Positions 1-9,379 of a stretch of DNA of 64,000 nt are shown here, in pieces. The notes beneath the pieces are model-generated. The model was not told the origin of the DNA. It worked only from the letters and a program-made list of their open reading frames with translations, and searched no databases. The translations under genes were made by a program, and so were the position numbers. Position 1 is the stretch's first letter. Every line of letters begins with the position of its first letter. Source of the DNA: Vicinamibacteria bacterium (GTDB lineage Bacteria > Acidobacteriota > Vicinamibacteria > Marinacidobacterales > Marinacidobacteraceae); NCBI GenBank assembly GCA_963422395.1, contig OY729431.1, positions 1,248,001-1,312,000 of the forward strand, given 5' to 3'.

Positions 1-278
1 GCGGCGGGAACGCTGACCCCCGGCACATCCACGACCGTTTCGGCATCGACGCCGCCCTGGACATATCCGAGCAGCAGGGAGGTGACCATGAAGGTCGCCG
101 CAGCGCCGGCGGTGATCTTGGTGAGTAGCGTCGCGGTGCCGCGGGCCCCGAAGGCCGCCTGGGTGCCGGCGCCGCCGAAGGCACTCGCCAAGTCTTGCCC
201 CTTGCCCTGCTGCGTCAGCACCACGAGCACGAGGAAGACGCAGACCAGGATGTGAAAGATAGTCAGCAGAATCGTCAT
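1..278 (-). CDS. secG: Preprotein translocase subunit SecG (3' end beyond window)
   Basis: Manual translation from ATG at 278: MTILLTIFHILVCVFLVLVVLTQQGKGQDLASAFGGAGTQAAFGARGTATLLTKIT. Typical SecG signature, in the canonical position after tpiA. Not in the ORF track. Confidence 0.92.
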   Translation of the reverse strand, partial: MTILLTIFHILVCVFLVLVVLTQQGKGQDLASAFGGAGTQAAFGARGTATLLTKITAGAAATFMVTSLLLGYVQGGVDAETVVDVPGVSVPA

Positions 279-296
279 GGGGAGAGAGGGGCCGGG

Positions 297-1073
297 TCAG
301 CCGGCGGCCCGACAGATGCTCAGGAAGGAGTCGGCGCGGAGGCTCGCCCCGCCCACCAGCACGCCATCCACATCGAGGCCGGCCAAGATGGCACCGGCAT
401 TATCGCTCTTGACCGATCCTCCGTAAAGGATCGGCATCGCCGCCGCAGCTGCATCTCCGGCGAGCTCGGAGATCGCGCGGCGGATGGTCTCGTGCATCGC
501 CTGGGCGGTTTCGGGGGTGGCGTTTCGTCCGGTACCGATGGCCCAGACGGGCTCGTAGGCCACTACGAGGCGTTCGAGCTCCGCGGGCGAGAGGCCGCGG
601 ACCACGGCTCCGAGCTGCGCCCGCACCGCCGCGGCGGCCTGGCCGGCGTCGCGCTCGGCCGCGGTCTCTCCCACACAGAGCACCGGACACATTGCGGCGG
701 CGAGAACCGCTCGGGCCTTGCGCCGCACCTCGTCGTCGCGATCTCCGAAGAGGTGGCGCCGCTCGGAGTGGCCCACCAGAACTCCGCCGCATCCGGCTGC
801 CGCGAGCATCGGGGCTGAAACTGCCCCGGTGTAGGCGCCCTCCGCTTCGGGAAACACATCTTGCCCGAGCACGCAGGCGGAACTCCCGGAGAGCGCTTCG
901 GCGACGGTGCTCAGTGCGGGAAAGGGAGGAGCCACTCCGACCCGAGCTCGAGGCCGGCCGAGCCCCTGCGCGATGGCGCGGGCGAGTTCCACCGCCTCGG
1001 GCAGGGTCTTGTGCATCTTCCAGTTGCCGATCACCATCGGGCGGCGGGCGGGGGTCGGTTCAGACATCGGCAT
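297..1073 (-). CDS. tpiA: Triosephosphate isomerase
   Basis: Motifs GNWKMH, GHSERR, AYEPVWAIGTG, LYGGSV, LVGGASL. Start could be 1067. Confidence 0.98.
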   Translation of the reverse strand: MPMSEPTPARRPMVIGNWKMHKTLPEAVELARAIAQGLGRPRARVGVAPPFPALSTVAEALSGSSACVLGQDVFPEAEGAYTGAVSAPMLAAAGCGGVLVGHSERRHLFGDRDDEVRRKARAVLAAAMCPVLCVGETAAERDAGQAAAAVRAQLGAVVRGLSPAELERLVVAYEPVWAIGTGRNATPETAQAMHETIRRAISELAGDAAAAAMPILYGGSVKSDNAGAILAGLDVDGVLVGGASLRADSFLSICRAAG

Positions 1074-2268
1074 TCCGGGCGTTGGTCAGGGCCTCCACTC
1101 CTGGAAGCGGCTGGCCGGCGAGAAAGGCGAGCGAGGCGCCGCCGCCGGTGGACCGGTGGGTGATCCGGCGGCCCACTCCGGTGCGCCGCAGCGCCGCGAG
1201 CGAGTCTCCGCCCCCCACCATCGTGGCGGCGCCTCGGCCGGTGGCTTCGGCGACTGCCCGCGCTACCGCGCTGGTGCCGCCTGCGAATCGAGAGTCTTCG
1301 AAGAGCCCCATCGGGCCGTTCCAGAAGACGGTCGCCGCCTCCACGATCGCGGCGGCGAACAGAGTACGGGAGGAGGGGCCGATATCGAGGCCCATCCAGT
1401 CTTCCGGAATTCGGTCCACCGGTAGTTCGCGAACCGGACCGGGGTTTCGTCCCGGTGCGGCGAGGTGGTCCGAGGGGAGAAGGAGGCGGTCCCGGTGTGC
1501 GCGCAGCAGCGCGGCGGCCTCGGCGACCCTCTCTGGTTCGACGAGCGAGCGGCCGGTGGGGAAGCCGAGGGCGGCGAAGAAGGTGTAGGCCATCGCACCT
1601 CCGATCAGGATCCGGTCGGCATGCCCGAGCAGCGAGCGGATCACGGGCAGTTTGCCGGCGATCTTGGCTCCCCCGAGGATGGCCACGAACGGGCGCGGTG
1701 GATCGTTCAGGGCGAGGCCGAGAGCACGGAGTTCCGTTTCCATCAGCGGGCCGGCTGCCGCCCTCGGAAAGCGTTGAGCGCAGGCGTCCACCGAAGCGTG
1801 AGAGCGGTGCGCCGCCCCGAAGGCGTCGTTCGCGTACTCGTCGCCGAACGCGGCGAGCGCGGCGGCGAAATCCGGGCGGTTCGCGGTTTCTCCGGGATGG
1901 AAGCGCAGATTCTCGAGCAGCAGGGTTTCCCCCGGAGCGAGCCGGTCGGCGGCCCGGTCGGAACTGGCGCCCACCGGCTCGGCACGGAACCGGACCGGCT
2001 GGCCGAGCAGCTCTTCGAGGCAACGGGCTACCGGGCGCAGACTGAGGGACTCCTTCGGAACCCCGCCGGGGCGGCCGAGGTGGGAAGCCAGCACCACTGC
2101 GGCGCCGGCCTGGTGCGCGGCCTCGATGGCCGGAAGCGCGGCGGAAATCCGCGTGTCGTCACTCACCTCGCCCCCGGCGAGCGGCGTGTTCAAGTCGGTC
2201 CGCAGGAGCAGCTGCCGGCCGTGGAGGTCGAGATCGGCAAGCCGCAGTTTCCGGAATCGCTCGAGCAC
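1060..2268 (-). CDS. pgk: Phosphoglycerate kinase
   Basis: Motifs DLNTP, SHLGRP, LLENLRF, NDAFGAAHR, GGAK, WNGPMG, GGGDS, STGGGASL. Confidence 0.98.
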   Translation of the reverse strand: MLERFRKLRLADLDLHGRQLLLRTDLNTPLAGGEVSDDTRISAALPAIEAAHQAGAAVVLASHLGRPGGVPKESLSLRPVARCLEELLGQPVRFRAEPVGASSDRAADRLAPGETLLLENLRFHPGETANRPDFAAALAAFGDEYANDAFGAAHRSHASVDACAQRFPRAAAGPLMETELRALGLALNDPPRPFVAILGGAKIAGKLPVIRSLLGHADRILIGGAMAYTFFAALGFPTGRSLVEPERVAEAAALLRAHRDRLLLPSDHLAAPGRNPGPVRELPVDRIPEDWMGLDIGPSSRTLFAAAIVEAATVFWNGPMGLFEDSRFAGGTSAVARAVAEATGRGAATMVGGGDSLAALRRTGVGRRITHRSTGGGASLAFLAGQPLPGVEALTNARNADV

Positions 2269-2350
2269 AGCGGCGCGAACCTTACGATATCCGGGGCATC
2301 CTCCGAAGGATCACCGGCGGCTACGATCCTTTCCGCATTCGCCCTCCGAC

Positions 2351-2935
2351 ATGAGCATTTCCACCGCACGCGGCGACGACGGGACGACCCAGGTCGCGGA
2401 CCGCCGGACTTCGAAGGGCTCTTGCGAAGTCGAGGCACTCGGTGCGCTCGACGAGCTGGTGTCGGCGCTCGGTTTCGCGCGGTCGCTGACCGGCGATGAC
2501 AGAATTCGGGAGCGCGCGGAAGGGCTGCAGCGCGTGCTCTTCCGAGTCTCGGCGGGGATCGGCGCGCCCGCCAGACCGAAGGGCAGGGAACAGACGCTCC
2601 CGGACGGACTCCTGGCCGAGATCACCACGGAGGTTCGGGAACTCGAAAATCGCCAGGGGATGCTCTCCGACTGGGCGCTGCCCGGCGGTCACACCGCCGC
2701 GGCCGCGTTCGATCTGGCGCGTACCGCCTGCCGGCGGGCCGAGCGGGCGCTGGTCCGCCTCACCGAGGCTCCCTCCGCCGAAACGGAGAAAACAGCCCCA
2801 GTCGCCCCGGAATCCCTCGCCCTGCTGAACCGGATGTCGGACTTGCTCTGGCTCTACGGACGGGTCCTCGAACACGAATCCGGAGTGAACAGCGCTTTGG
2901 CCGGCTCCTCGTCCGGGGCGCAGCCGCAGCGCTGA
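2351..2935 (+). CDS. PduO-type ATP:cob(I)alamin adenosyltransferase
   Basis: N-terminal ISTARGDDGTT (TxxGDxGxT), ALGALDEL, ARTACRRAER, LNRMSDLL. ATG at 2351 lies within ORF 2126..2935. Confidence 0.88.
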   Translation: MSISTARGDDGTTQVADRRTSKGSCEVEALGALDELVSALGFARSLTGDDRIRERAEGLQRVLFRVSAGIGAPARPKGREQTLPDGLLAEITTEVRELENRQGMLSDWALPGGHTAAAAFDLARTACRRAERALVRLTEAPSAETEKTAPVAPESLALLNRMSDLLWLYGRVLEHESGVNSALAGSSSGAQPQR

Positions 2936-3065
2936 AGCGTCTTACTGTCGCTTGCTGCACCGACACGATGCGCCGGCCGCTCGATCTGCCCAGCCGGAAG
3001 GATCTGCGGCTGGCGATGCCCCCCGGTCCGCTGCCACTTCATAGGGAGGTCTCCTGCCACAGTTT

Positions 3066-3420
3066 TAGCAGCCCGTGGAAAAACTACCCTAATCGGTGAG
3101 GATCAGCGGCCCCGGAGGGGGTGCCGTGATCGGCGCAGTACGGCGTGCGGGCGCGGTCTGCGCGGGCAAACCGCCCGACAGGGCGCTATCCAGGCCCAGG
3201 CGGGCGTTTCCCGGCTCCGGTAGGCGAAAATGAGAGCGAAAAGCGCGGCGCCGACCGCGGCCGCGCGCCCCTGCAGTCGTCGCGGCTTGCCGATTCCGCA
3301 CCGGTGGCGCATCAGCAGCCCGAGGTCGAAGCCGGCTGCCTGGATCGACAGCCGCTTCCCGATGTTCCCCCGTCCGCGCAAATACAGCCGCCGCATCCCC
3401 CCGGTCTCGTAACAGGCGTT
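3066..3420 (-). mobile_element. Truncated DDE transposase C-terminus with IS terminal repeat (IS1182/IS5-like, tentative)
   Basis: Minus-strand peptide CYETGGMRRLYLRGRGNIGKRLSIQAAGFDLGLLMRHRCGIGKPRRLQG resembles transposase C-termini. Terminus TAGCAGCCCGTGGAAAAA at 3066-3083. Confidence 0.7.
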
Positions 3421-3660
3421 ACCGTGCCGATTTCTCTTTTGCCTTCCGCTGTCTCCACGCGCTGGAACCAAGTCGCCGAGCAAGCGAGAACTCCCTGGAA
3501 TTCCTGTCCGATTCCGTGAAACGCGATCAGGATTTCTGTCTGATCGGCGTTTCGGATCACCAAGCGCGCCCAGGAACGGTAAGTATGTGTGTCGGCGAAA
3601 TACTCTAGTCGCTTGGCAGTTTGGATGATCTGGTATTGAAAGAAATGACTCCGCTCGCCA
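3420..3660 (-). pseudogene. Lower-GC gene fragment, possibly the C-terminal region of a Fic-family protein
   Basis: Open frame SHFFQYQIIQTAKRLEYFADTHTYRSWARLVIRNADQTEILIAFHGIGQEFQGVLACSATWFQRVETAEGKREIG with no clear start or own stop. Family call is from recall only. Confidence 0.35.
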
Positions 3661-3824
3661 TTTCTGGATTCGCAAGGCTTCCGTGCGGGATCACTGCCGC
3701 CCGTATGCCTTGCTCGATGAGAAGTTGGGTGATGCCGCGATCCAGGGCCGTAGCTGCCCCGAGATCGCTGACGCCGACCGCGTTTGCGCTGAAATGGAGG
3801 ATGCGGCTCGCCGGCTGCCGGTGG

Positions 3825-4916
<1,092 letters not shown>

Positions 4917-4961
4917 TCAACGAACCTCGGGAATTCGGTGCGCCTGTTTGGGGACTTAAAA

Positions 4962-4984
4962 ATATGAGTGATTATCACTAAGAT
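4962..4984. promoter_or_regulatory. Palindromic operator upstream of hsp20 (HAIR-like)
   Basis: ATATGAGTG-attat-CACTAAGAT. A closely matching site lies upstream of groES. Confidence 0.6.
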
Positions 4985-5001
4985 AATCGTAGTCTTTCTG
5001 T

Positions 5002-5030
5002 TTGATATTTATCGGATGCGTTGCTATAGT
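5002..5030 (+). promoter_or_regulatory. Sigma70-type promoter of hsp20
   Basis: TTGATA-17 nt-TATAGT with an extended -10 TG. Confidence 0.65.
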
Positions 5031-5139
5031 GACTTCTGTCAGGCGAAATCACTCGGCTGACGGACCCCGGGGTTGGCTCGGCGCCACGCCCGATCCGGCC
5101 CCCGCAGACACCAGGAGACCCAACCTGAGGAGACTTGCC

Positions 5140-5604
5140 ATGACGCATCTCACTCTTTTCGATCGGCCGTTCTCGCGGCTGTTCGTCGATCCGTTCTTCG
5201 GCTTGCCCGCCGGCTTCGGCGACGGAGAACCCGGCGGAGTCCGCTGGGCTCCGCCGGTGGATGTCCGCGACTCCGACTCGGAGTTTCGGATCGAGGCGGA
5301 GCTGCCGGGGATTCCCCGCGACCACCTTTCGGTCCGGTTCCATGACGGCCGGCTGACCCTCGAGGGGCACCGAGACGGGGGCGTCGAGACCGAATCGGGG
5401 GGCGAAGGCGGCGAGCCGAGCACCGCGCCGGCTGGCTGGACGCAGCGCGAGCGGATCACCGGGAAGTTCCGCCGGATTTTCGAAGTGCCGGACACCGTGG
5501 ATCCTTCCGGGATCCGCGCCGAGTCGAAGGACGGCGTGCTGACCGTCGTGCTCCCCAAGGTCGAGAAGGCGCAGCCGCGCCAGATCGAAGTCAGCGTCCA
5601 CTGA
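5140..5604 (+). CDS. Hsp20/alpha-crystallin small heat shock protein
   Basis: Motifs WAPPVDVRD, IEAELPG, ERITGKFRRIF, DGVLTVVLPK. GAGGAG RBS precedes ATG 5140. Confidence 0.95.
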   Translation: MTHLTLFDRPFSRLFVDPFFGLPAGFGDGEPGGVRWAPPVDVRDSDSEFRIEAELPGIPRDHLSVRFHDGRLTLEGHRDGGVETESGGEGGEPSTAPAGWTQRERITGKFRRIFEVPDTVDPSGIRAESKDGVLTVVLPKVEKAQPRQIEVSVH

Positions 5605-5702
5605 TCGGGAGGGACACTCCGGGGGCCGGCGCGTGCGCCGGCTCTCGGGCGGTGCGCTCCGGGGGGCGGCCGACGGCGCTGCGGCGTCCGAACGCCCCGG
5701 GC

Positions 5703-6008
5703 TCAGTCCGTTTGACGGTCGAGGCCGGGAACGACCCGCCGGCTCTTGACCATCTCTTCGTCGTAGTAACGCCGATAGAGGATGTCCCAGGTCTCGGTGC
5801 CCTGTTGGACCGTTCGGCTCTGGCTGTCGATCTTCCGGCGGACGATCTGATCGATTCGTTCGTCGTCTTCGAGTTCCGAATTGATGATCCGCATGATCAT
5901 GCGCCGGATGTCGCTGTCCTCGGCGTAGAACTCCACGGTCTCGTCGGCGCGCAGCAGATCGAGGACCTGGTTCGCCAAGTGGTTGATCTTGCCGGTGGTC
6001 AGCCGCAT
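5703..6008 (-). CDS. DUF507 family protein
   Basis: MRLTTGKINHLA...IDQIVRRKIDSQSRTVQQGTETWDILYRRYYDEEM matches the DUF507 pattern. Tandem paralog of the next gene. Confidence 0.75.
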   Translation of the reverse strand: MRLTTGKINHLANQVLDLLRADETVEFYAEDSDIRRMIMRIINSELEDDERIDQIVRRKIDSQSRTVQQGTETWDILYRRYYDEEMVKSRRVVPGLDRQTD

Positions 6009-6015
6009 CGCCGTC

Positions 6016-6294
6016 TCAGAGGATGATTCCCTGCTCGCGCGCGAGGCGTTTCTTCACCAGCTTGAACATCTCGCGATATTCGACTCCGCCGGTGCGGATC
6101 TCCTCGCCGTAGCCTTCGAGCAGCTTCCGGACCTCCTCGTTCAGGTCGTCTTCCTGTTGGAGACTCTCGGTGATCATCTCCACGATGGAATCCACCAGGG
6201 CGTTCGGATCTTCGGGATCGATGAGGCCGGCTACCTGTAGATCGTCGGTGATCCGGTAGCCGAGAAAATGGATCTGGCTCTTGGTCAGACGCAT
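6016..6294 (-). CDS. DUF507 family protein
   Basis: MRLTKSQI...EDDLNEEVRKLL...YREMFKLVKKRLAREQGIIL. Confidence 0.8.
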   Translation of the reverse strand: MRLTKSQIHFLGYRITDDLQVAGLIDPEDPNALVDSIVEMITESLQQEDDLNEEVRKLLEGYGEEIRTGGVEYREMFKLVKKRLAREQGIIL

Positions 6295-6406
6295 AGCGCG
6301 CAGCCCGTGATCCTATCACAGGAAGAGGGGATGAAGCATCCGGGACTCCGGGTCGGAGAGGGCTTCCTTTGGGTGGCTGTTAGAATCCCACGCTGTTGCG
6401 AGCAAT

Positions 6407-6484
6407 GGGGTCGTAGTTCAGTTGGTCCAGAACGCCGGCCTGTCACGCCGGAGGTCGCGGGTTCGAGTCCCGTCGGCCCCGCCA
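6407..6484 (+). tRNA. tRNA-Asp(GTC)
   Basis: Acceptor stem GGGGTCG/CGGCCCC, anticodon stem CCGGC/GCCGG with loop CT-GTC-AC, T-loop GGTTCGAGT, encoded 3' CCA. Extended -10 TGtTAGAAT at 6378-6386. Confidence 0.97.
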
Positions 6485-6563
6485 TTCGCCGCTTTCCGGT
6501 ACGGCGCTCCGGCGCCCTGTTCAACGGGCTGATCCTTGGGGAAATCCGAGGAGAGAGGGCCCC

Positions 6564-6806
6564 ATGAGGATGGATTCGATGAAGATCTCGATCACGTATT
6601 GCGTCGTTTGAAACTACCTTCCGAACGCCGCCAGTCTGGCGGCGGCCATCGAGAAGTCACGCGGCGTCGAGCCTGAACTCATCGAAGGCAGCAAGGGCGT
6701 CTTCGATGTCCGGTTGGACGGCGAGCTGATCTACTCCAAGTACGACACCGGCCGCTTCCCCGAACCCGCGGAAGTCCTCGACCGGATCCCGGCCTCGGCG
6801 AACTGA
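6564..6806 (+). CDS. SelW/SelT/Rdx family selenoprotein (CxxU)
   Basis: (MRMDS)MKISITYCVV-TGA(6609-6611)-NYLPNAASLAAAIEKSRGVEPELIEGSKGVFDVRLDGELIYSKYDTGRFPEPAEVL. The Rdx fold continues past the TGA. Start at 6564, 6570 or 6579. Confidence 0.9.
6626..6644 (+). promoter_or_regulatory. Putative bacterial SECIS hairpin
   Basis: CGCCGCCA-GTC-TGGCGGCG stem-loop with a G in the apical loop ~23 nt downstream of the UGA. Confidence 0.7.
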
Positions 6807-6896
6807 CCTCCTCCCGGTAGGGAGAAGAAGGAAACGTCTCTCCCGTTTTCGGCATGATTCGCGCTGTCTCCCGGAGAGTTTCCCTGACCGTCTTCC

Positions 6897-8378
6897 GTGC
6901 CTGACCCCGCGATCCTCCCGAACTTCATCGGCGGCAGCTACCAGGTTTCCCCGGCGACCGAGACGCTCGGGGTCTGGAACCCCGCGACCGGGGAGCTGCT
7001 CTCGCGGATTCCGCTTTCGGGGCCGGAGGAGGTGGGGCGGGCGGTCCGGGAGGCTCGCAGGGCACTCGACGAGTGGAAGGAGATGCCGCCTACCGAGCGG
7101 GTGCAGCCGCTCTTTCGCCTCAAAGCCCTTCTCGAACGCGACTTCGAGGAGATTTCGCGGGGCGTCACGATCGAGTGCGGGAAGACGCTCGCCGAGGCGC
7201 GCGGCGAAGTGCGCCGGGCGATCGAGAATGTCGAGGTCGCCTGCGGCATCCCCTCATCGATGCAGGGGCGGATGCTCGAAAACATCGCAGACGGAATCGA
7301 CGAGCTGATGATCCGCCAGCCGGTGGGCGTCGCCGCGGTGATCGTGCCCTTCAACTTTCCCGCGATGATCCCGTTCTGGTTCCTGCCGTATGCGCTCGCC
7401 TGCGGCAACCCGGTGGTACTCAAGCCTTCCGAGAAGGCCCCGCTCACCATGCATCGAGTGATGGCGCTCCTCGAGGAGGCGGGGTTCCCGCCGGGGGTGG
7501 TCCAGCTGACCCACGGAGGGCGTGAGGCGGTCGAGACGCTCCTCGATCACCCGGACATCGCCGCGGTGAGCTTCGTCGGCTCCTCTCCGGTCGCCCGCCG
7601 AGTCTATTCCCGCGCCGCAGCTGCCGGAAAGCGGGTCCAGTGTCAGGGCGGCGCGAAGAATCCGGTAGTGGTGCTCGATGACGCCGATCTCGACGCCGCT
7701 GCGGCCACCGTCGCCGAGAGCGCCTTCGGTTGTGCGGGCCAGCGCTGTCTCGCCGCCTCGCTGGCGGTCACCGTGGGCTCGGCACGCGAGCCCTTTCGGG
7801 AGCGGATCGCCGCCGCTGCCGAACAGCGAGTGGTCGGATCGGGGCTCGACGAAGCGGTGGAGATGGGGCCGGTGATCCGCGGCGAGAGCCGGGAGCGGAT
7901 CGAACGGCTGATCGGGCGCGCGGTGGACGAGGAGGCCGCGAGAGTCGTGGTGGACGGCCGCGGCGCTCGGGTTCCCGGTCTCGAAGGCGGTTTCTTCGTG
8001 CGTCCCACGGTACTCGACGGCCTGCCCGCCGCCGGCCCGACGGTGCGGACCGAGATCTTCGGCCCGGTACTCGGGCTCCTCTCGGTGGATTCGGTCGCCG
8101 AAGCGGTCGAGTTCGTGAACGGCGGCGAGTTCGGCAACATGGCCTCGGTCTTCACGAACGACGGGCGCGCCGCCCGCCGCTTCCGCCACGAAGTGCAGAC
8201 CGGCAATGTGGGCATCAATGTCGGGGTCGCCGCGCCGATGGCGTTCTTCCCGTTCAGCGGCTGGCGCGGCAGCTTCTTCGGCGACCTCCACGCCCAGGGC
8301 GCCCACGCGGTCGAGTTCTACACCCAGACCAAGGTCGTGGTGGAGCGTTGGCCGCGGAACGCTTCGCAGCGCTTCTGA
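6897..8378 (+). CDS. mmsA: CoA-acylating methylmalonate-semialdehyde dehydrogenase
   Basis: ALDH motifs [58 protein letters not shown]. Confidence 0.9.
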   Translation: MPDPAILPNFIGGSYQVSPATETLGVWNPATGELLSRIPLSGPEEVGRAVREARRALDEWKEMPPTERVQPLFRLKALLERDFEEISRGVTIECGKTLAEARGEVRRAIENVEVACGIPSSMQGRMLENIADGIDELMIRQPVGVAAVIVPFNFPAMIPFWFLPYALACGNPVVLKPSEKAPLTMHRVMALLEEAGFPPGVVQLTHGGREAVETLLDHPDIAAVSFVGSSPVARRVYSRAAAAGKRVQCQGGAKNPVVVLDDADLDAAAATVAESAFGCAGQRCLAASLAVTVGSAREPFRERIAAAAEQRVVGSGLDEAVEMGPVIRGESRERIERLIGRAVDEEAARVVVDGRGARVPGLEGGFFVRPTVLDGLPAAGPTVRTEIFGPVLGLLSVDSVAEAVEFVNGGEFGNMASVFTNDGRAARRFRHEVQTGNVGINVGVAAPMAFFPFSGWRGSFFGDLHAQGAHAVEFYTQTKVVVERWPRNASQRF

Positions 8379-8483
8379 AACGCCGAACCGAAGCGTTGGA
8401 CGGCCGGTACCTCCGGTATCGAACAGGCCGGTGCCGGGCATGCCGGTGCCAGGCAGGATTGCCGCGGCGGTTCTGAATTTCTG

Positions 8484-9275
8484 ATGTCGGACCCCGTCCG
8501 CAAGGCGAAGGGACTCCCGCGCCGAAGCGGCGTCGAAGCCGGCAGGGCCGGCAGCCAGGTCTGGATCCGAATGGTCAGGGCAGGGTGGAAGCCGGCGCTC
8601 TGGGGCGTCTTTCTAGCGAATGTGCTGCTCTGGCCGCTGCTCCTGCCCGGCGTTGGGGGAGCGTCGGCCGCGCTGCCGGATTGGATGCCCACGCACCCCG
8701 CCGCGCTGATCGCCCTCCACGCCATCGCCAGCGCGGTCGCGCTGCCGAACACTCCGTTCTGCGTCGCCGCCGGGCTGTTCTTCGGCCTGGGGCGGGGGAT
8801 GCTCTTCGCCTCGCTCGGGGCCTTCCTCGGCTCGCTCGCCGCCTTCGCCGCAGGAAGGCTCTTCCGGCGCTTGCTGTCGCGGCGCTTCCGCAGGAGTCCG
8901 ATCCGGCGCTTCTCCCGCGTGGAGAGCATCTTCGCCGCCCTGGGCGGTGCCGGGTTTCGCACCGTGGCTCTGACCCGTCTCTCTCCCCTGCTGCCCTTTC
9001 CGGTCCAGAACTTCGGCTGGGCGGTCACCCGCGTCCGCTTCCGCGCCTACGCCCTCGGCTCGCTGCTGGCCGTTCCCGTCGGCGCTTCCTTCTTCGCCCA
9101 CCTCGGAGCGGCCGGGAGCGCAGGAGCTAGCCTCGCCACCGATCGTTTCCGCTGGTCGGCAGTCCTCACCGTGATCGGAGTTGTCGCCACCTTCCTCCTG
9201 ATCCGTCGACTGAGTCGCTTCGCCGACCGTGCCCTCCGCGACCGGATAGCGGGAGGGGCCGACGGCCCCCCGTAG
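8484..9275 (+). CDS. TVP38/TMEM64 (VTT/DedA-like) membrane protein
   Basis: Hydrophobic, with AAGLFFG, GAFLGS..AF, LTRLSPLLPF..QN motifs. Start uncertain (8571 possible). Confidence 0.8.
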   Translation: MSDPVRKAKGLPRRSGVEAGRAGSQVWIRMVRAGWKPALWGVFLANVLLWPLLLPGVGGASAALPDWMPTHPAALIALHAIASAVALPNTPFCVAAGLFFGLGRGMLFASLGAFLGSLAAFAAGRLFRRLLSRRFRRSPIRRFSRVESIFAALGGAGFRTVALTRLSPLLPFPVQNFGWAVTRVRFRAYALGSLLAVPVGASFFAHLGAAGSAGASLATDRFRWSAVLTVIGVVATFLLIRRLSRFADRALRDRIAGGADGPP

Positions 9276-9349
9276 ATTCCTAGCCGCGCTCGCCGCCGCC
9301 TTCCCCCGGAAGAGGCGAAAGTGCCGGCGAACCGCGCGCGTTCCCGGAG

Positions 9350-9376
9350 AAAAAGGGGGAGGTCCGCCGACCCCCC
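9350..9376 (-). terminator. Rho-independent terminator
   Basis: Minus strand GGGGGGTC-GGCG-GACCTCCCCC-TTTTT directly after the stop at 9380. Confidence 0.6.
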
Positions 9377-9379
9377 TGC

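Noticed and set aside
6407-6484. tRNA used as an island integration site
   Set aside because: There is no adjacent integrase, and I noticed no duplicated tRNA 3' end.
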